Shown here: positions 56,700-64,000 of the stretch, in pieces
Position numbering within the stretch: the first letter of the stretch is position 1
Layout of the letters: every line of letters starts with the position of its first letter
Origin: a bacterium
GTDB lineage: Bacteria > Desulfobacterota > DSWW01
Length of the DNA stretch: 64,000 nt
Direction: 5' to 3'
NCBI GenBank assembly: GCA_040756235.1
Contig: JBFLZG010000066.1
Location: 5,891-69,890 of the forward strand
Program-made: the position numbers and the translations under genes
Notes under the pieces: generated by a model
Told to the model about the DNA's origin: nothing
Seen by the model: only the letters and a program-made list of their open reading frames with translations
Database searches by the model: none

Positions 56700-57856
56700 C
56701 AGGCGATCCTCGCGATGCCTTCGGCCACCCGAAGCCGGGCGGCGCGCCAGGCAGGCACCGCGCCCGCGGCGACGGCCATGGCCAGGGCCGCGCCGAATGC
56801 CCAGAGGACCGTTCCGGGCTCCATGTGGAAGACCGGAAAGAAATTGGAGAGCTCCTGTCCGATCCTGCGGGCCGTCGGTACGGTGACGGCAAGACCGAGC
56901 GCGCAGCCGGCGAGGGTGACGGCGGCCGACTCGCCCACGATGATGGCGGAGACGTGCCGTCGGCCGAACCCGAGGCACTTGAGGACCGCATACTCGCCGA
57001 TCCTCTCGCGGGTCGTCATGACCATGGTGTTGGCCACCACGGCCAGGATGATGACGACGACGAGCATGGAGATGACCTGGATGATCGTGACCAGGGCGCC
57101 GGTCATGGCCACGAAGCCCATCTGGAACGCCTTCTCCGTCTCCGTGAGGGTCTCGGCGATCGAGTTCCGGAAGCTCTTGTCGATGTCGGCCGCCACCTCT
57201 GCCGCCAGGTCCGGACGGGCCACGCCGACCAGGTAGAACCCGACCTGGTCGGCCCTGCGCGGCATCGTCTTGCGGACGACCTCGTTGAGATAGTCCCAGT
57301 GGAAGAAGAACTGGGTCTCGTCGGTCGTCCGGTCCTTTCCCCGATAGATGCCTTTCAGCACGAACTCCCAGTCCCCGGGAAAGATGGTCCCCTTGAGAGG
57401 GACCACGTCGCCTACCGTCCAGCCGAACTTCTCGGCGATCTTGCGGCCCGCCACGCAGGCCCTGCGATCCCTCAGGAACGCCTCCTTCCCGGCTGCGCTC
57501 AGCACGAACTCGGGATAAAGCTCGAGGTAGCTCCTGGGCTCGACGGCAAAATTGGCGAACAGATTCTTTTCTTCGATGTAGTAGCCCCCGAACCAGCTCC
57601 CATAGGAAACCTTGCTCACGCCGTCGATCTGACGGATCCTTTCGAAGTAGGAAAGGGGCAGGGAGAAGATCAGGGAAACCGCGTTCCGCGTGACCAGGCG
57701 GGTCGCGGACGAGGCCTCGACGCCCGAGTACCAGGCGCCGACCAGGATCCGGAGCAGGGCGAAGGCGAGGATGGCCGTGGCGACCCCGAGCACCGTGAGA
57801 GCGGTCCGGAGCCTGTTGCGAAAGAGGTTTCGGAAGACGATTTTCAGGATGAGCAT
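56699..57856 (-). CDS. ABC transporter permease (FtsX/MacB-like)
   Basis: RNLFRNRLRT, RERIGEYAVLKCLGF and PAWRAAR. Confidence 0.92.
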   Translation of the reverse strand: MLILKIVFRNLFRNRLRTALTVLGVATAILAFALLRILVGAWYSGVEASSATRLVTRNAVSLIFSLPLSYFERIRQIDGVSKVSYGSWFGGYYIEEKNLFANFAVEPRSYLELYPEFVLSAAGKEAFLRDRRACVAGRKIAEKFGWTVGDVVPLKGTIFPGDWEFVLKGIYRGKDRTTDETQFFFHWDYLNEVVRKTMPRRADQVGFYLVGVARPDLAAEVAADIDKSFRNSIAETLTETEKAFQMGFVAMTGALVTIIQVISMLVVVIILAVVANTMVMTTRERIGEYAVLKCLGFGRRHVSAIIVGESAAVTLAGCALGLAVTVPTARRIGQELSNFFPVFHMEPGTVLWAFGAALAMAVAAGAVPAWRAARLRVAEGIARIA

Positions 57857-57937
57857 GGCTCGGAATAGGTATCAGGTTTCAGCAAAGCATGACCTCCTCG
57901 CTGATACCCGACACCCGACCCCTTTCTTCGCCAACAC

Positions 57938-58633
<696 letters not shown>

Positions 58634-58723
58634 GTCGCTTTGATGCCACCGACTCTCCCCCTCTCCCCCGGGCACGGGGGAGAGGGCCGGGGTGAGGGGT
58701 TCTCCCCTGGACTGTACTCCTTC

Positions 58724-59944
58724 TCATTCCTCGGCCGGCTTGACCCGAGAGCCCTCCTTCAGCCTGGCCGGCGGCTCGAGCACGACCTTGTCGCCGGCCC
58801 GGAGCCCCTCGAGGATCTCCGCCATGTCCCCGAAATCCCTGCCGGTGCGGACGGAAGCCCTCACGGCCCTTCCGGCCCGGACGACGAAGACGTCCGGGCC
58901 GCCGTCGTGCCGGAACAGGGCCGAGCGATTCACGGCCAGGTAAGGATCGATCTCCCCGGGTTCCAGGGGCCGGGAGAGAAAGGAGACCTTCGCGCTCATC
59001 TCGGGCAGGATGCGCGGGTCCTTGTCCACGAACCTGACCTTCACCTGCACCGAAGCCTTGGCCCGGTCGGCGGTCGGCACGATCGCGTGCACCCGGCCGC
59101 GAAAACGGGCGCCCGGGAGGGCGTCGAGCTGAATTTCGCAAGGTTGCTCGGCTCGGACCTGGGAAAGGTTCGTCTCGGAGACGTCCACCTCGACCTGGAG
59201 CGAATCCAGGTCGGCGATCGAGATCACCGAGGCCTTTGCATTCGCGGCCGCCCCCAGCGGCGTGACGATGTCGCCCACGTCGGCGTCCTTGGTGAGGACG
59301 ACGGCGTCGAAGGGGGCCTGGATGTAGGTGTAGTCCAGCGCGACCTCGGAGGATCGGACCGCCGCCCGTGCGGCCTGGATGGCGGCCTCCGCCGACGATA
59401 CCGCCGCCCTGGCCCGGAGGAAGCGCGCCTCGGACGTGTCGAAAGCGGACCTCGAGAGGGCGCCGGTGCCGTAAAGTTTGCGTGTTCTTTCGAACGAAAG
59501 CGTCGCCTCGGTCAGCTCCGCCTTGGCTTCCTCGAGCGCCGCCCGGGCCACGGCCAGGTTCCCGAGCGCCTGGTCCCGCGCGGCGAGGACGTCTTCGTTC
59601 TCGAGCCTGGCGACGACCTGGTCCTTCTTGACCGGGTCCCCCTCCTCCACCAGCAGCTCCACGAGGAGCCCGGTGATCTTGGAGGCCACCGCCGCTTTCC
59701 TCTGTGCAACCACGTAGCCGCTGGCGTTCAACACGGACAGGCTCTGGGAAGGGTAGGACTGCGAGACGGTCGCGAGCTTCACCGCGAGGGACGGCCCCCA
59801 GTTTTCCGTTGCATACAGGAGGGCGGCCCCGATCAGCAGGAGAAGGACGAACGGAGTAACGAGCGCCCGGCGCCGCCGCTTTGTCCCCGTTTGCTCTTTC
59901 CTGTCGATGTGAAGCTTCGAAAGGTCGTCATCCGTGGTGGACAC
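58724..59944 (-). CDS. Efflux periplasmic adaptor (membrane fusion protein)
   Basis: TM anchor, LNASGYVVA, VEEGD.V, IQAPFD and ILPEMSA; GTG start. Confidence 0.9.
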   Translation of the reverse strand: MSTTDDDLSKLHIDRKEQTGTKRRRRALVTPFVLLLLIGAALLYATENWGPSLAVKLATVSQSYPSQSLSVLNASGYVVAQRKAAVASKITGLLVELLVEEGDPVKKDQVVARLENEDVLAARDQALGNLAVARAALEEAKAELTEATLSFERTRKLYGTGALSRSAFDTSEARFLRARAAVSSAEAAIQAARAAVRSSEVALDYTYIQAPFDAVVLTKDADVGDIVTPLGAAANAKASVISIADLDSLQVEVDVSETNLSQVRAEQPCEIQLDALPGARFRGRVHAIVPTADRAKASVQVKVRFVDKDPRILPEMSAKVSFLSRPLEPGEIDPYLAVNRSALFRHDGGPDVFVVRAGRAVRASVRTGRDFGDMAEILEGLRAGDKVVLEPPARLKEGSRVKPAEE

Positions 59945-60340
59945 CGGTGCCCCCCGCTCATGAGGCTGTCGATATGCGGCCATCCGCGGCATTGCGCTTT
60001 CACGGGCTCAGCGCAGAGAGAATATCCTGAACGAACCCGGAGAGCCCTGTCAACGGAAGCAGCCCGCAACGGGGTAGCGCCGACTCGCGCAGATGGAGGG
60101 GCGAAAAATCTTTCGCCCTTAGGGGCCACGCAAGAATAACTTCCCATTTCGCATCCCATCTTCGGGCCATCTTCGACCGCTCCTCAATCGCGAGATCCTC
60201 GACATAGCCGTGCTATGGCTGCGGTCTCGCTCAATCGTCGCGGCCGAATCTGACCCAAATCTGGGCGCGAAACCTACCCGCCCCAAAACGTTACAGTTGG
60301 CCCTGCCCCTGCGAAGTTATTCTTGCGTGGCCCCTTACTC

Positions 60341-60796
60341 TCAGCGATCGCCCCGTTGCCTGGCCAGCCATCGGTCCAGTTGGTTGGCGAAGGCCTGCAG
60401 GTCCCTCCTGTGGAGGACGGGAGGGCCGCCCGTGTTCACGCCGCCGCCGCGCAGATCGTCCATGAAGTTGCGGACCGCCAGGCGCTCCCCGATGTTGTCC
60501 TCGGTGTAGAGGTCACCCCGCGGGTTCAAGGCGACTGCGCCCTTCTCGACGGCCCTGGCGGCAAGCGGGACATCGGCCGTCACGACCAGGTCGCCGTCCG
60601 CAACCATCTCGAGGATGCGTCGATCCGCCTCGTCCAGGCCGGCCGCCACGCGCATGTGGTGCACATGGGGAGAGGAAGGCGTTCGCAAAGGCTTGTTCGA
60701 GACCAGGGTCATCGAGACCCGGGCTCTCGCGGCAGCGCGAAAAAGGATGTCCTTGATCGGCTTCGGACATGCATCCGCGTCGACCCAGATGTGCAT
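60341..60796 (-). CDS. yaiI: YaiI/YqxD (UPF0178) family protein
   Basis: IWVDADACP, DLVVTADVPLA, NPRG and FANQLD. Confidence 0.92.
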   Translation of the reverse strand: MHIWVDADACPKPIKDILFRAAARARVSMTLVSNKPLRTPSSPHVHHMRVAAGLDEADRRILEMVADGDLVVTADVPLAARAVEKGAVALNPRGDLYTEDNIGERLAVRNFMDDLRGGGVNTGGPPVLHRRDLQAFANQLDRWLARQRGDR

Positions 60797-61297
60797 GGAT
60801 GAAATCCTCCAAAGAGGGGCGGTCGTGCGCCGATTGGCCCTTGCCGTCCTGCGGCATGCGCCTCACGTGCTTCAGGTCCGCAACCGAGGCCCGTCTCTGC
60901 ATTCTCCGATTCCGCGCCGTCGGGAGCAACAGCGGGGCGTCGGAAATCCGGACAAGCGGCCTCCGCTCTGTACAATCGCGCAGCCGTGGAGAAGAATAAG
61001 CGGGACTCTTGCAGGGGCGCTGTTTGCGGCTTCCCCGATGAGGACGGCGAACCATCTCATGCAGGGGCGACGCATGCTGGCGGCCGTTCTCGCCTTCTCC
61101 CCTCGCCGAGGGGAGAAGGTCGGGATGAGGGGTGAATGTGCTCGTGTTCCCCCTCCCCCTGACCCTCTCCCCCGCGTCACGGGGGAGAGGGGAGTCATCT
61201 TTCGACAGCCTCTCGTAAACGAGCGGGGGGGGATCGTGGCGGCAACACTGCCGTTGGGGCACCTCATCCGTTGAGGACCGGCAGAGGCGTACATCCG

Positions 61298-62647
61298 GTG
61301 AAGCGCAACAGAGCTGTATGGGGATGGGCCTTCTACGACTGGGCCAACTCGGCCTTCGCGACCACGGTCATGGCCGGCTTCTTCCCGGTCTTCTTCAAGT
61401 CCTACTGGAGCTGGGGCGCCGACGTGAATACCAGCACGGCCCAGCTCGGGCTGGGGAACTCCGCCGCGAGCCTGACGGTCGCCCTTCTGGCGCCCCTTCT
61501 GGGAGCGATCGCGGACCGCGGGTCCGCGCGCAAGCGGTTGCTCCTGTTCTTTGCCTACTTCGGGGTGGTCGCCACGGCAGCGCTCGCGCTCGTGGCCCGC
61601 GGGTCGTGGCAGGCGGCCATTCTGGTCTACGCCCTTGCGATCTTCGGGTTCTCCGGCGCCAACATCTTCTATGATGCGCTCCTGCCGGCGGTGGCCGATG
61701 AGAAGAGGGTCGACCGGGTCTCCGGTCTCGGCTACGCGATGGGGTACCTGGGAGGAGGGCTGCTGTTTGCCCTGAACGTGCTCATGGTCACGAGGCCGCA
61801 GCTGTTCGGCATCGTCGCCACGGACCCCGAGCAGGCCCGGGAGACCGCCGTGAAGGCGTCTTTCCTCTCCGTGGCCCTGTGGTGGGGCGGCTTCTCTCTT
61901 CTGACCGCCCTGTGGGTGAAGGAGCCGGGCCGCGGCTTGCCCGCCCGGTCCGGAAGCGCGGTCTTTTCCGGCTGGCGCCAGCTTGCCGGCACGCTGCGCA
62001 AGGTCCGCAGCCTGAGGACGGTCTCGCTCTTCCTCGCCGCCTACTGGCTCTACATCGACGGCGTGGACACGATCATCCGCATGGCGGTCGATTACGGCCT
62101 GTCGCTGGGGTTCGAGGCCGGCGACCTGGTCCTGGCCCTGCTCATCACGCAGTTCGTCGGCTTTCCCTGCGCCCTGCTCTTCGCCCGCCTGGGAGAGCGG
62201 TGGGGCGTGCGCAACTGCATCTTTGTCGCCATCGGCGTCTACATGCTCATCACCGTCTGGGGCATCTCGATGACCCGCAAGGCCGAGTTCTACGGGCTTG
62301 CCGTCCTCATCGGAACGGTGCAGGGGGGCATCCAGGCGCTGTCGCGCTCCTTCTACTCCCGCCTCATCCCGCCGGGCCAGGCCGGCGAGTTCTTCGGCTT
62401 TTACAACATGCTCGGCAAGTTCGGCGCGATCGTGGGGCCGGCGCTGGTCGGCTTCGTGGGGCTGGCGGTCAAGCGCTGGCTCATGCCGCACCCGGCGTCC
62501 CCGGAACAGGCCGCTGCGCTGGAACAACTCGCCGCCCGCTGTGGCATCGGATCGATCCTGATCCTGTTCCTTCTGGGTGCGCTGCTGCTGGCGCGCGTGA
62601 ATGAGGAACAGGGCCGGCTCGAGGCCGCAGCATCCCGCAAGAGCTGA
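61298..62647 (+). CDS. MFS transporter (UMF1/Atg22-like)
   Basis: WAFYDWANSAF, GAIAD, FYDALLP and QALSRSFYS; about 12 TM helices. Start 61271 or 61298. Confidence 0.9.
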   Translation: MKRNRAVWGWAFYDWANSAFATTVMAGFFPVFFKSYWSWGADVNTSTAQLGLGNSAASLTVALLAPLLGAIADRGSARKRLLLFFAYFGVVATAALALVARGSWQAAILVYALAIFGFSGANIFYDALLPAVADEKRVDRVSGLGYAMGYLGGGLLFALNVLMVTRPQLFGIVATDPEQARETAVKASFLSVALWWGGFSLLTALWVKEPGRGLPARSGSAVFSGWRQLAGTLRKVRSLRTVSLFLAAYWLYIDGVDTIIRMAVDYGLSLGFEAGDLVLALLITQFVGFPCALLFARLGERWGVRNCIFVAIGVYMLITVWGISMTRKAEFYGLAVLIGTVQGGIQALSRSFYSRLIPPGQAGEFFGFYNMLGKFGAIVGPALVGFVGLAVKRWLMPHPASPEQAAALEQLAARCGIGSILILFLLGALLLARVNEEQGRLEAAASRKS

Positions 62648-62687
62648 ATCGCCTCGTCCCGTCTCTGCGGTGACGGTCCGCGACGGA

Positions 62688-64000
62688 TCAGGCGCCGGGA
62701 ACCGGCCCGCGGCGATCTCCCTCGCCGCGGGCCGGGAAAACCGAGCCGAGCATGCGTTCCGGCCGGAGAAAGTCCTCGAGCTGGGCGGCCGTGACGAAAC
62801 CCTTCTCCAGCGCCACGGCGCCGATGGTGCGGCCGGTGCGCAACGCCTCCTGGGCGACCTCGGCGGCCTGCTCGTAGCCGATCAGCGTGCACAACCCGGT
62901 GGCCAGGCCGATCGAGCTCTCCACATGGGCGCGGCAGAGCTCGACATTGGCCGTGATCCCTTCGATACAGCGCTGCCGCAAGGTGCGGCAACCGCGGGTC
63001 ATCATGTCGATGTTGCGATAGAGAGCGAAAAGAATGACCGGTTCCATGGCATTGAGCTGCAGCTGCCCGGCCTCGGCAGCCAGCGTCACGGTCACATCGT
63101 TCCCGATCACCTGGTAGCAGATCTGGTTGACCACTTCCGGGATGACGGGGTTCACCTTGCCCGGCATGATGGAGGAGCCCGGCTGGACCGGCGGCAGGTT
63201 GATCTCGTTCAGGCCGGCCCGCGGCCCGGAGGACAACAGCCGCAAGTCGTTGCAGATCTTCGACAGCTTGACCGCGAAGCGCTTGAGCACGCCCGAGAGC
63301 TGAACGAACACGCCTGCATCCTGGGTCGCCTCGATCAGGTTGAGCGACGTCACAAGCTCGAGCTTGGCGAGCTCGTTGAGACGGCGGCGTACCAGTGCCG
63401 CGTATCCGGGCGGGGTGTTGATGCCGGTGCCGATCGCGGTCGCCCCCAGGTTCATCTCGCGCAGCAGCGTCTTGACTTCCTCCAGCCGCTGGATGTCCTC
63501 TCCGATCATGACCGCGTAAGTGCTCATCTCCTGTCCGAGGGTCATGGGCACGGCATCCTGAAGCTGCGTGCGGCCGAGCTTGATCACGTCGGCGAACTCG
63601 CGCTCCTTGGCCTCGAAAGCCGCCTTGAGCTCGGCCATCGCATCCTGCAGGTCGGCCAGCTGGGTGTAGAGGGTGATGCGCATGGCCGTAGGGTAGACGT
63701 CGTTGGTCGACTGCGACAGATTGACATGGTCGTTGGGGTGGCAGAACCGGTATGCGCCCTTTTGGTGCCCCATCCGCTCGAGGGCGATGTTGGCAATCAC
63801 CTCGTTGGCATTCATGTTGGTCGAGGTGCCGGCGCCCCCCTGGATGGCATCGACCACGAATTGCTCGTGATAGCGGCCGGCGAGCAGTTCGTCACAGGAC
63901 GAGGCAATGGCCTCTCCCAGGCTCTCCGGCAGCATCCCGAGCTCGACGTTGGCAAGCGCGGCGGCCTTCTTGATCAGGGCCAGCGCGCGGATCAGGTGCG
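62688..64000 (-). CDS. aspA: Aspartate ammonia-lyase (5'-partial)
   Basis: QGGAGTSTNMN, SQSTNDVYPT, GRTQLQDAVP and GSSIMPGKVNP. Confidence 0.92.
   Translation of the reverse strand, partial: HLIRALALIKKAAALANVELGMLPESLGEAIASSCDELLAGRYHEQFVVDAIQGGAGTSTNMNANEVIANIALERMGHQKGAYRFCHPNDHVNLSQSTNDVYPTAMRITLYTQLADLQDAMAELKAAFEAKEREFADVIKLGRTQLQDAVPMTLGQEMSTYAVMIGEDIQRLEEVKTLLREMNLGATAIGTGINTPPGYAALVRRRLNELAKLELVTSLNLIEATQDAGVFVQLSGVLKRFAVKLSKICNDLRLLSSGPRAGLNEINLPPVQPGSSIMPGKVNPVIPEVVNQICYQVIGNDVTVTLAAEAGQLQLNAMEPVILFALYRNIDMMTRGCRTLRQRCIEGITANVELCRAHVESSIGLATGLCTLIGYEQAAEVAQEALRTGRTIGAVALEKGFVTAAQLEDFLRPERMLGSVFPARGEGDRRGPVPGA

Noticed and set aside
60140-60325. tRNA or ncRNA between the MFP gene and yaiI
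   Set aside because: No cloverleaf or T-loop. It is bounded by an inverted repeat (GGGGCCACGCAAGAATAACTTC / GAAGTTATTCTTGCGTGGCCCC), so it is more likely another MITE-like repeat.

Overview
High-GC bacterial chromosomal window. The gene content (glycyl radical enzyme, AOR, sigma54 regulator) suggests an anaerobic Deltaproteobacteria/Desulfobacterota-like organism; this is an inference. No rRNA, tRNA, CRISPR or phage genes were seen. In order, it contains: (i) a fused IorA/IorB-type molybdo-oxidoreductase and a REP-associated tyrosine transposase with cognate GTAG-REPs; (ii) a sigma54 two-component system upstream of three envelope genes; (iii) an anaerobic catabolic block at ~12-26 kb: amidohydrolase, acyl-CoA dehydrogenase, EtfB, an EtfA::4-hydroxybutyryl-CoA-dehydratase-like fusion with a remodelled active site, TetR, an IslA-clade glycyl radical enzyme with an altered pocket plus its activase, and hbd/crt; (iv) a FecR-TPR-beta-barrel receptor next to a CHASE2 adenylate cyclase; (v) a TPP riboswitch-thiOSGE operon; (vi) two tandem orphan multi-sensor kinases; (vii) a DUF362-AOR-MoaD operon; (viii) cysC, an ABC exporter, an MFS transporter and partial aspA. 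Many intergenic spacers carry palindromic repeats from several families, including a ~245-nt structured element with compensatory changes. The best candidate for an undescribed system is the 12-26 kb block (GRE plus Etf-fused flavo/Fe-S enzyme). All family calls come from motif recognition; no database search was run.
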